64,000 bases of DNA from Paramecium tetraurelia (Eukaryota), in the NCBI GenBank assembly GCA_000165425.1, contig CT867994.1, positions 1 through 64,000 of the forward strand, in the 5' to 3' direction. Shown here one piece after another: positions 1 through 11,625 of this stretch; position 1 is the stretch's first letter, and each line of letters begins with the position of its first letter. Both the position numbers and the translations under genes were made by a program. Below the pieces are notes generated by a model. It searched no databases and was not told where the DNA came from. It saw only the letters and a list, made by a program, of their open reading frames with translations.

Positions 1-869
1 CCAACAAGCAAAGTGCAGGCGCGGACGCCGATTCTACTGGTAAAGCAAGATGAGAGGTGAGAGTTTTGATTCAGAAAAAATGTTATTGCAAAATATGCAA
101 TTAGAATAATTTAGGTAAATAAGGAGGTGAAATCTAATTTAAAAGTACTTATTCTTATATATTTTTTGTAAATTTTTAAAGCATAGAAAGTTCAACTTAT
201 GAAGTAAATACATTACTTAACAAAAATATGTCAAGTATTAGTAAAATACAGAATATCAATAAATGAAATGCTATTTTGCGAGAATATAAAATAGTTTCAA
301 TGTTTATAATAATTTGTTATATAATAAAATAACTAAAAAAGAATAAGAATATTGTGGATAATGAAAATTTAAAGAATCAAGATTAAATTGAAATTTGTTG
401 GAACGTTTATTAGATTTAACAAATAATTAAAATATAAATGAATTTTACATTTTCATTTAATATAAAATTAAAGTAAAAAATGGGATGAAAAATTGGCAGA
501 ATTTAAAAAAATCTGAATAGAGAATAATTCAATGTAAAATGAAAAAATCAAAAAAAAATGAATTTGACTATATGCCCTCTCAAAAAATTATATATTTAGT
601 TAGTGAATTTATTATTTAAATTATAAATTCAGTAAAAAAAAGAATATATTAATTTTTTTAATTTCCTACTTATTCCCAAAAATTACATAAAAATTGAAGA
701 AAAATCATTTTTAATAATGATTTGTAAATTTTGCTTTGAATATGGATATTACTAATCACATAAAGTGAAATAGATAATTGATAGGAATGAAATCGTTTGG
801 AGTTGAGAAATATTATTGATTCTCAAATTCAGACATCTTAAAAATTGTTCTTTTTTAATTATGAAAAAA

Positions 870-1872
870 ATAAAATATAATTACATTATTATAAATCTCA
901 GTCTTAACAACATATTATAATTCCATAAAAAGCTGTGATAGAAGCTGTAATTACTTGATCATTTTACAATTTAAACTAATTTATAAAAATGTTGATTTAC
1001 TCTTCCTTTTTATATTTGCTTAAGCACATTCAAAACACAAAATGGGTAAGGAAGAGTAAAAACTAAAAATAATGTTATTTATTTTAAAAATATCCCACAT
1101 ATGCCAATAACTAATAGTTGAGCTACAAACACATCTAAAAAGTTGATATTTAAATATATACAAATCATCTTAATACAGTTTTATTCAAAGCATAAATATA
1201 TCAAAATAATGAAATTACTAATGAATTTACACCTACATTTAATTAAAATATGATAAAAACAACCAAGGCTTTTATAATATAATATTTTACATCCCCAATA
1301 ATCATGAATTATATACATTATAACACCTAAAATTCCAAAATAAAGCATTGTGTGATTCAAAATTAATCCAAATAAGATAAAAATGCTGGCGGTTGTCTAT
1401 TATACTATATTCGAGTTACATTCCTAAAAGTTTCCCCAATTCCAATTTTTACGAGTAAAGGAACTAAGATCACGGAAATAAAAAGGAAAGCAAAAAAAAC
1501 TATCTCAAGTCTTTCAATTCGAAATAAAGTGAAGCAGAATAATATGTATATCAAAAAGGCCACGATTGTCCAAAGGATGAAAATTCCTAAGATTTGCATT
1601 AAAAATTTCTTTTGTTTTAAAAATTCTTAATCTTTGATCAGATTTGATGTTTATATCGGCTACTAAGTCACTTGATAATTTGCAAACTCTTAATAAGGAG
1701 CTATCTGATTGAAGGAAACCTAAGGTTGAACTTAAATCTATTAGGAAAATTGATCCTAATTTTGTGTCACAACAGGTATAAATTTAACGTTTTAATTAGT
1801 ATTCTCAAACAATTGTTATGATAGAGTTTCCTAAATTGAAATTGATAAGTCTGGATATTTTACTTATTGCAT
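870..1872 (-). CDS. Multi-pass membrane protein (Gln/Pro-rich N-tail followed by several hydrophobic helices)
   Basis: With table 6 the frame is open from ATG at 1872 (MQQVKYPDLSISIQETLSQQ...) into the hydrophobic ORF-track segment 1405-1599 and continues hydrophobic beyond it. The 3' end and introns are not resolved. Confidence 0.55.
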
Positions 1873-2166
1873 ATAATGAATTTCAATATTAAATTATTTA
1901 CCAGTCCAAAAATTATTAAATGAAAACTATATAGAATATTTTTCCATAATCCTTATTTGCAATTTTTATATTTTATAATATCATTAAATTACAAATATTA
2001 TTTATTTATTTATTTATTTATTAAATACATATTATTATAAAAATATTAACAATTATTTCAGAATTGAATTTATAATTTTTTCTAGTCTTATAAGGATCTA
2101 TTTTGTGTTATATGATTACTTTTGTATAGTGTAATTATTTCTAACAGGGGAAGTTAATTAGCATTT

Positions 2167-4415
2167 ATGAATTCTACAGAATGGACAAGCCTGATTAAAT
2201 AGTTTTTAGATTATCTTGTAGGTATTATATTAATTTCTCAAATGATTCTAGTTGATCAGAATTGATTACAAATTTCTTAGAATGAGTTGGAATCTTAATT
2301 GCCTTTTACTTAGTGTTTATTTAGATTATTGTATAAAAAAAAATTATAAGCTTGGCATAATGAATTCTAATAATTTAGTTGGGGTATTTCTTGGAGATCC
2401 AGTTAACTTCTTCATACTATATTTAAGGAGTTTATTTAATTGATTGTATAAGTTTTAGTATTTTTGAGTAGAGAATGCATTTAAGAAATAGTAAATGTGA
2501 GATCCAATTACACTTTTTGATGGATGGGTCTTAATTTCCAGTTACATTTTTTTAGTGATCCAAATGAGTCTACTTTTAACGTAATTTACTTTTTGTTTTA
2601 ATATGTTAAGTCAGTTTACCATTAAATTTAATTGATATTCCTAGATATTTATATTCTTAACTCTATGGTATTATGGCAAATTTTAAATATTTGAGGAGTT
2701 ATGATGAAATAGAAATATTCCAAACTTATTCTTCTTAATTTGATTTCAAAGTAAGAATATGTTAGTTTTAATAAATGTAGTAATTTTTTTTTGCATGTTT
2801 ATGTTTATAATAAATACGATATCATCTGCCTATTTATAGCTTTAATAAGAGAACTTACATTTTTGTTTTATAGTTACTAGTAGCTCTTCAAATTAAATAT
2901 TGAAAAGGGATGGAGGTAAAGGTGAACCCAGAGGTACTTCTTAATGAAAGTAATAATGTTCTTACGATTTTGGGTTTTATAGTGGTGATTTGTATACAAA
3001 TTGTGAAAGTAGCTGATTTAGTCAATATCAAAAATTTAATTATTTTTTAATATTTAGAATAGTTTGGTCTATTCTTATCATTGATGCAATAGAAACGGTA
3101 GATAAATCTATAATAATGCAATTCATTTTATCTCCTATTTCGTATGAGTAGATTTGATTTGAAGTCTTACATATGTAGTCATATAACAGGACCCTTGAAG
3201 AAAATGTAGTACAATTTTGATGAACTTTTTACTCAATTAAAATTATAAACAATCTAGATAATTTGAAGAAATCTTTATGGTCAATTATTCATGCTCATTA
3301 ACTATTAAATCTCTAATAAGCAAAGAGAAATAAAGAAGAACGAATATCAAAAAAGTTAATTTTCAATTTATTACTTTAGCATTCATTCTCTTTAAAATAA
3401 TTCAAATAAGCCTTAATAGTAAGTTTCATGTAGAAAGAGGTTGAGGCAATGAACAATTAGATAAGTTATTGTTAACTGAACCATATAATCTAGAAATCAT
3501 GTACTAAAAAGGTTATTAATTATTTCTATGTCCAGGAAATTCATTATAAAACTGAGTAATATGATATTCAATAGGTATATTGAACAAGTCTAAACAAAAA
3601 TATGAAATATACTTAGATATAATCAAAATCAATCCTTTACACGAACTCTCATATTGGAAATTAGGTAATTTTTTTTCATTTATTTTTAGGTGATCTCTTA
3701 AGAGATGAAAAGCTTTATTAGTAAGCCCGATAGTATTAGTGTCAATTAATGAAAATAATTCAGCAGCCTATTTTGGAATAGGTTTTAATTCAGTAAATAC
3801 TCAAGGTGAATGCTTAATTGAGGATAACTAAAAGGATAAAGCTTTACCATATTATGATAGAGCCATTTAGATAAGCCCATCTAACCAAGTTTTTTTAATA
3901 TCCGAGGGTAAGGCTTCAGTTTTAAGTTTTTTGGATATTGTTTATTAATACAGAATTAATTATGATTGTAAGAAAATTAGAGAGATATGAAGAAGCTATG
4001 AAAATTTATGATAAAGTTTAAATTCTGATTCTTAAAATATAGAGGCATATGCAGTAAAAGGTAAATTTGATTTAAATAAATTAAGGGGATTTTCTAAGAC
4101 TGCAAGGCAAATATTCAGATGCATGCTAATGCTATTGTTAAGCATTAAATATTAATCCATAGAAAAATGATTTATTATTTTGGATTAGTAAATTAAATTC
4201 AATTAACTAAAGGTGAATGCCTAACTTTGAGTGGTTAATACTAGGAAGCAATTGAATACTTTGATAAAGTAATAGAATTTAATTTATAAGATATACATTC
4301 ATAATAGTATAATCTGCTTATAAAATTTATTGAACATACTCATTATAATGAATTTAGGTTACATAAAGAGGCATAAAAATATTTAGAATTTAACTAAAAA
4401 GAATTAATAACCATG
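2167..4415 (+). pseudogene. TPR-repeat protein gene, disrupted
   Basis: TPR-like units at 3600-4300 (GDLLRDEKLYQQA..., GECLIEDNQKDKALPYYDRAIQISP, GECLTLSGQYQEAIEYFDKVIEFN) are separated by tiny phase-1 introns. Apparent frameshifts occur near 3735 and 4020, and in-frame TGAs occur in the 5' part. Boundaries are approximate. Confidence 0.55.
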
Positions 4416-4678
4416 AATTTCTGTTGTATTAAAAATGGTAAAACGATTGTTTATGACAAATTTTCTGACAAATTCTCAAAATGGATACTAATTATGCATA
4501 TCTTCTAATTTTTAGAAATGTAGAAAATTTATGGCATTTAGTTTTACATATATTTTATAAAAATAATTTGATCTATTAGTCATTCCTTTTAAATTCAAAA
4601 CTGCAAAAAATATTAATGTTTACTAATTGTAATATAATTTTGTTAATTGATTTAAATTATAGTACACTCTGTTTAGGT

Positions 4679-4812
4679 NNNNNNNNNNNNNNNNNNNNNN
4701 NNNNNNNNNNNNNNNNNNNNNNNNNNNNNNNNNNNNNNNNNNNNNNNNNNNNNNNNNNNNNNNNNNNNNNNNNNNNNNNNNNNNNNNNNNNNNNNNNNNN
4801 NNNNNNNNNNNN
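4679..4812. other. Assembly gap (134 N)
   Basis: Run of N characters. Confidence 1.
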
Positions 4813-5386
4813 GAATAAATTCAAAATATAATTTTATTTCTTATAACTTTCTATTGTCTTCTGTTTGATGGATCAAAGATTTAAGGAACTTAAGATGACA
4901 AGTTTCCTAATAAAGTATTACTTTAGAAAATTTAAATCTCATCTATGCCTTCTTTTCATGTCCAATAAAGGCTTAATCATAAATTAAGATAAAAGTACAA
5001 TCGTTTGGATCATTTATATATATCATCGTAATTTTCTCCTTAAATTGTTCATTGATAAGAATCTTCTGTAAAAATCAAAATCGACAGTTTTTTACCAGTT
5101 TAAAATAATTTCTTTAATTTCGTAGGTAACTTTTTCATCATTCAATTCAAGATTTTCTGTCCAAATAAATCCATAGTTTGGTTTTTGTTTATCCATCTTC
5201 TAACTTCAATTATTCATTAAAATATTCATAAGAAATTCTTATTTTAAGTTATAGATTTAGATGATCTATTTAGTTTACTTTTCAAACATAAATGTTGGTT
5301 ATTATAAGATATTAAATAAATACAAATTATCGATAATTATAAATTACAAAAATATTGTTTTATTGTAGATGATAAAAAATATTAAT

Positions 5387-8300
5387 TCATTAATTCTTAA
5401 TGCATTTTCTTTTGAGATATTCACCTAAGGTTTTCAGCTATTTCCAAAATGAAAACAATATTTCTTATATTAAGAATATAAGTTACAACCCAATTGATAT
5501 ATAGATACTTACTCCAACAATCCATCCGATTTGATAAATTTATTCATCCTTTAATATTTTAAATCTATCTTAAAAAGCAAAAATAATTGAACAACCTACG
5601 ATTATAAATATGCAAAAATCAGGAACTAAATTTAGGATATATTATTTTTTGCCTTTAAATGGATTATTTGTCAACAATAATAGTAAATTTAAAAGAGATG
5701 ATAGAAAGCAGAATAATGTCTAAAATATAGGATAGGAATATAAAGTAACAGTGGAAACAATAAAAGAAGTTTTCCGTATTAAATTTATACATGAGTATGC
5801 CATTGAATTTGAGGATTAAGTTTTCATTTCTTCATAAAAACAACAATACCTTTAAAAAAACTGTTTATTCTCTAATTTTACTTAATGTGCTTATGATATT
5901 TGATATGAGATATAAATAAGATATAATATTAATAAGAAAAATCCATAAGCAGCAATCACATTAATTTTAACTATGAAGTTATGAGCAGTTTATTAATTAG
6001 TGATTTAAAGCATCACTGCTAAAGTAATATCTAAATAGCTTAAAGAAAACGATCTCATTAAATTAGACATTAGATTGCTCTTTAAGTAAACGCATTTTTA
6101 AAAGAACGGTTAAAACCATATTGGTATTTCAAAGTTTTATTCTACTTCAGAAATTCTGGACTTTTCAGGTTTAACGATATCGCCTAATTAAAAGATAGAA
6201 AACTTAGTCTATTATTTTCTATTTTTCCTGTAATTTAGCTAAGCCAATTTAATAACTATCACACTAAGGAGATAGGTAAATAACACTTGGAATGCAAATA
6301 TGATTGGAGTTTAAATATTGTTAAATAATAACGGATCTATTTCTTTTTCCGTAAATTTTATGGGGGCTAAGAAGTAGTAATCATCATTTGGCTTATTTAA
6401 TAATTTCAAAGAAGGGATATTGATAATATTACTCCATTCAGCCTATAAAAATAAGATCATAACATTCTCTGGATAATTTACATTTAAAAAATAAAAGTTA
6501 TTCATCCAACTCATTATATCAAGGATAGCCAAAAACAATTGAAATCCTCCAAATATAACTGCCAGAGGTGCTAAGTATATTTAGACTGAAAATAAAGTTT
6601 AATACCCTTCAGCCATATTCTCACCTTAAAGTCTTTGTTCTTTACTCACATAAACTTATCTTTATGGAACTACTATTATTTCTTTTATAAATGTTTCTTC
6701 CAATTATCTTATTTTATAGTATCTTCTATACTAGATTGAAACATGTATTAAATTATTAGCTTCTATAGTTTTAAAAAACAAAAATCTCAAATCTAATTCA
6801 CTATTGTTTTCAATGACACTATAATTGTAATCTTAAATTGAAAATCCCTCAATATCGACTACTAAACTAGATAAATTAAGTGATTCTTAACTCTAGTTTA
6901 TGAAAAGTGAATAATAATTATTATTGGATTATAATCTCTCTACCTTAATATATGGGTCTACTTGTAAGGAATGGGTAGCAAGATTGAATATATACCCTTC
7001 TTCTAATTGACAAAATTCGTTGCATCCATCTAAAATATCTCTATTACTATCATCACATTATTCATGCGCATCTAAAAATCCATTTCCGCATTTTGAAATG
7101 CATTCATAAAAATCAAAATCATTAAAGCTTCCTAAAATGAAATTGCATTTATGTTAATTTTATTAATTTTGAAATTGAGAATTAAAAGTAGTACAATTCT
7201 TGTAATTTTGACTGCATTCAATACAACTCAGATCACATTAAGAGCATTCCTGAAATTAGTCTATATAATAACCTGATTCACATTCTAAACAAATTTATAA
7301 TTCATACATTACATTACATTAAAGGCAATTCAAATCTTTACATCGAGAACACCCTTGAGATATCAAATTCTAATCGTGATTGCAAAAAAACCCTTTTTCT
7401 AAAAGGCATTTATCACACCCATCTCTTATTTCATTATTTCCATCATCACATTCCTCAATTAACGGATTTAATATTCCATCTCCGCAAATGTTTTAGGTAC
7501 ATTGTTCACCACATTCTTAAATACATAAATTATTGTTATCTAAGACCCAACCTGGAGATTAGCATTCATAACATACTCCTTAAATGCATGATGAGCATTC
7601 ATTTTAACATACAATTTGGCATGTTTCACAAAAACATACATTATTATTTAGTATCCAATGAGGAGCAATGCATTCATAACAAATGCCTTACATACATTTG
7701 AGACATTCCTTTTAACACTCATTTTAACACTCATAACACCCATCATTTTTAAGATCATTGCCATCATCGCATTACTCATCACCAGCAACAATTTAATCTC
7801 CACATATAGTTATACATTTGTTAATTGATAGATTAAGTTCCCATCCTTAATCGAAACACTTAGAGCAAATTCCTTAATTGCATATCTCGCATTTTTGATC
7901 ACAAGAATAATTACAATTAAAACAACCATCAAATGGTTCTAAATTTCCGTCATCACAAAATTCATTAAATGTAATAATAGAATTACTACATGATTCATGG
8001 CAACTAAATTCAATATTCTCATAACCAATTTGACATTCAATACATTTCCCAAATTGACAATTTAAGCATTCCTATTAACATTAAAATAAGCAATTGTAAC
8101 AGCCATCAAATTGAATCTAGTTACCATCCTCACATTGTTCTTCACCAACAATAACACCATCTCCACATATAGTTGAACATTAATAGTTTTCTAAATGGTA
8201 TCCTGTATCACATAATCCACAACGTCCCTCTAAACACGATAGACATCCAAGATTACAGATAAATTGAGAAGGTTAACATTTTGAATAAATTAATTCTACA

Positions 8301-9232
8301 TCATTGTTTTACTATTCTTAGTAAACTTATATACTATAAGTTTCTCTACATTAGTTATTAATTAATAAAAATCCAATTTGACACTTGATACACAAAATTC
8401 CATTGAAACATTATGAACAATTAAGATTGCAATTTTTATTTAAATGAATTAACTAGTTTGTCTAATTATCTACACATTCATCATAATTAAGGATCATGTT
8501 ATTATAATCACAATAAGGTACACATTTAATAATTTTGGAAATAAATTTAAATCCAAACTTGCATTAAAGACATAATCCATTCTAACACAATTCACAATAT
8601 TCTGTACAACTTAATTGACATTAATCACAAAATTTAAATGGATTTCTATTTTTATCATCACATTATTCTTAACCTTAAGCAATTATCCCATCCCCACAAT
8701 TAGGTTCACATTTTATCCCAATCAAATACCATCCATTTGTTTCATCACACTCCTTACATATTCCATTTTCGCATAATACACAATGATCAAAACAATCTTA
8801 ATTTTAACATAATGGATTCCCAATCATCAAATAATCAAGGCAATTTATTTGGCATATATTTATACTAGCATCCAATATATAATTTGTTTTGCATTCATAA
8901 CACCACCCATCTTAACAATCCTGGCAACTGTCTTAACATCCAAATTTGCATTAATCACAACCATCAAAAGGATCAAAATTTCCATCATCACAATCTTCGC
9001 CATCAACAATCATTCCATCTCCGCATATTGGTAGGCATATAGGATTATGAAAATCATCATAATATCCTTCCTAACATATACATTAAACTAGTTGAAGTAT
9101 TCTTTTAAGATCCTAAATACATCTTGAACAAGTTGAAAGAGAATCACAGATATCGCATAGTGGACTACATTACTCACATTAAACTAGGGTAAACAATAAG
9201 GCAACAAATATGATACAAGTAACTAAATTCAT
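5387..9232 (-). CDS. Large Cys-rich surface receptor-like protein: signal peptide, ~7 CGDG (Myxococcus cysteine-rich/DUF4215-type) plus furin-like repeats, C-terminal multi-TM domain
   Basis: Begins MNLVTCIIFVALLFTLVQC, with repeats like CGDGMIVDGEDCDDGNFDPFDGC. The TM region contains NNFYFLNVNYPENV and the protein ends YLKRKCIKNQ*. The span of 3846 nt equals 1282 codons, consistent with no introns. Confidence 0.85.
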
Positions 9233-10686
9233 TTTTATAATAATTTTATGTGACTACATTAGCCTTAGAATAATATTAATAGTGAAGATATTTCTATATA
9301 ATTTGATTAAATTTGTGAATGTATTGATTTATATTTATTTATAAAGTTTTTATTAGTAGTTTATATTTTATAATTTGAAATGCCCTTGAATTTATTTAAA
9401 AACTCATTTTTTCTATAATTTCTTGCTTTTCTGTAAATAAATATTTCTGATTTTATCCTAAGAATTCCAAGAGGGGATATCAAAATTAATTAATCTCCCT
9501 GTTTCATATTCTTTTTCCAGTTAGATATCAAACCCTTATTTTTCAGGATGATATGTACTTGATATTAAAATTTCAATTTCGGAATGTTTTTTGATTTACT
9601 TTTTATTTTGTAAGCAGCATTAAAATAATTTTTTTTTAAATCCATTAAATGATTTGCTTAAAATCTATGTTTATTATTCAAATAATATTAGTTTATGAAA
9701 ATGTCGACAAACTAGTATTTTTGGAATGTTTACGAAATATAAAACAACCATTTCCAATTTTAATCAAAATTTTAAAGAACCATAATATTGATATAATATC
9801 AATTTTTGCATTATATGGAAAATTACACTTTCAAATTTAAAAGACTATTAATTTAATGCTTATATGTATTTATGTCCCCTAAGGAGTTTAAAAAAATATT
9901 ATTGTGATTTTTCAATCAATTTTCTTGGTAGAAAAAGATTCCTGGTTTTTAGAAGATTCAAAATCTATCGCTTTTGTATAATATAAGATGATAAGAAATT
10001 AACAATTGCATTTGCAAATTACTAATGATTTTTGGATGTTGATAGCAGGAAATAAATTCAATAATGGATTTACACTACAACTACAATATTAAGGATGAAT
10101 TGATTTCTTAGTTATAGAATATTATTGTTAAGCATCTATTTCATTCATTTCCAAATTAGTAGTTCCAAAGGAATTGAATCTATATTATTCTGTATATTAA
10201 AATTAATTTACTTTGGTAGACACATTTGCCTTTGTTTCAAAAAAATGCTAATTAATTATTCAAAAACCATATCATAAAATTCCTGAAATTCCTTATTTCT
10301 TGATCAATATTAAGTATCATGATTAGAATAGACTATTGGAATTGAGTATAATTCTATATCTATAATTATAATATCAGCTATGATAATCAATTTATAAAAT
10401 AAAATCGAAAATAGCCTAAAGATTAGTGAATTAATAACTTAGTAACTTAAATTTGACCGTAAACTTTCATTTCTATTTGTGATTTACGATTAAAAATATT
10501 AGTTTTTTTTGCTGAAAAAAAATTCATATGTTAGGTTTCGAACTTTAATTAGTCAGTTTGAATTAAAGACTATTTCGAATGTTAGGCGGATTAAGTTTCA
10601 TTCTGGAATCCAACCGAAATTTTGTGAAATTATTGCACTATAAAATGTCATTTTATTAATTGAATAATAATAATATTCATCATATA

Positions 10687-11019
10687 ATGAACTAATAATA
10701 ATAGGAAGTATAAGCCGAGAAACCTGGCTTTTGGCAAAATGTTAAGAAAGGAACCTATTTAGGTGGAATTGTGGCAGGCACAGGCACTGTTTTAACTAAG
10801 GCTGGATTGGCAATTTATGGTTTCTCTTCGATTGGACCAGTTGCAGGAAGTATTGCTGCTGCCACATAAGCTAGCATTGGAAGTGTAGCAGCAGGAAGTG
10901 CATTTGCTATAGCTTAAGGAGTAGCAATGTCAGGATTAGGAGTCATTGCATTACCAGCTGTTGGAGTGGGAGCAGCAGTTGGAGGAGGATATGTTGCTTA
11001 TAAACATCTAAAAAAATGA
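10687..11019 (+). CDS. IFI6/IFI27 (ISG12, interferon-induced 6-16 family)-like small hydrophobic Gly/Ala-rich protein
   Basis: Intronless 110 aa: MNQQQQEVQAEKPGFWQNVKKGTYLGGIVAGTGTVLTKAGLAIYGFSSIGPVAGSIAAATQASIGSVAAGSAFAIAQGVAMSGLGVIALPAVGVGAAVGGGYVAYKHLKK*. It carries the GFxxxGxxAGSxAA...G.VxAGSxFAxxQ family signature. Missed by the ORF track. Confidence 0.85.
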
Positions 11020-11625
11020 ACTTATATTTTTATGTTTAAATTTATGTAAGATACTATTAATATATCATAAATTGCTAAATTTTATATTATTTGTGTTTGA
11101 CAATATTTCTTTGCCGTGTATTTAAAAAATTTATACATTGAGTTATAAAGTGATTCTTAAATTAATGAACATCTGCAGCTTTAATTTATAATCTAGGAAA
11201 TTACTTGTTTGCATAAAAATTTTTTTTTAGAAATAATTACTTAAATATCTAAAATATATTTTCATATAAAAAAAAATAGAATAGAATAGTTAAAGTAAAT
11301 TGAAATACTATTACAAATTTAATTTGAAATTATAGTATTTATTAGAAGTCAAATAGATGAGTCAAAAAGGAATCTTTTAAGTATCAGGCTTATGCCATCT
11401 GAAATAAAGTTAGAGGATTAGAATCTTTCATATTTAATGAAATTTGGTCTCTTATTTATTTAATAATATTCAAGATTAATTAAATAAACAATGACTATCG
11501 AAAAGAAGCAGTTACTTAAGGCACGTAAGAATTGAATAATTAGATGAAATTAGATTTCAATAAGCTATTTAGGTTACGAATCAAAATATTGTAATATGAT
11601 ATGTTTAACACATAATGTTACACTA

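Noticed and set aside
4813..5197. Minus-strand coding-like fragment MDKQKPNYGFIWTENL next to the gap
   Set aside because: It hits TGA within ~60 codons and abuts the assembly gap, so a gene call is unsupported.
9260..10680. Long intergenic tract considered as a transposon or retained IES
   Set aside because: No terminal repeats, transposase motifs or sustained frame were seen, and IES status cannot be judged without germline/somatic comparison.
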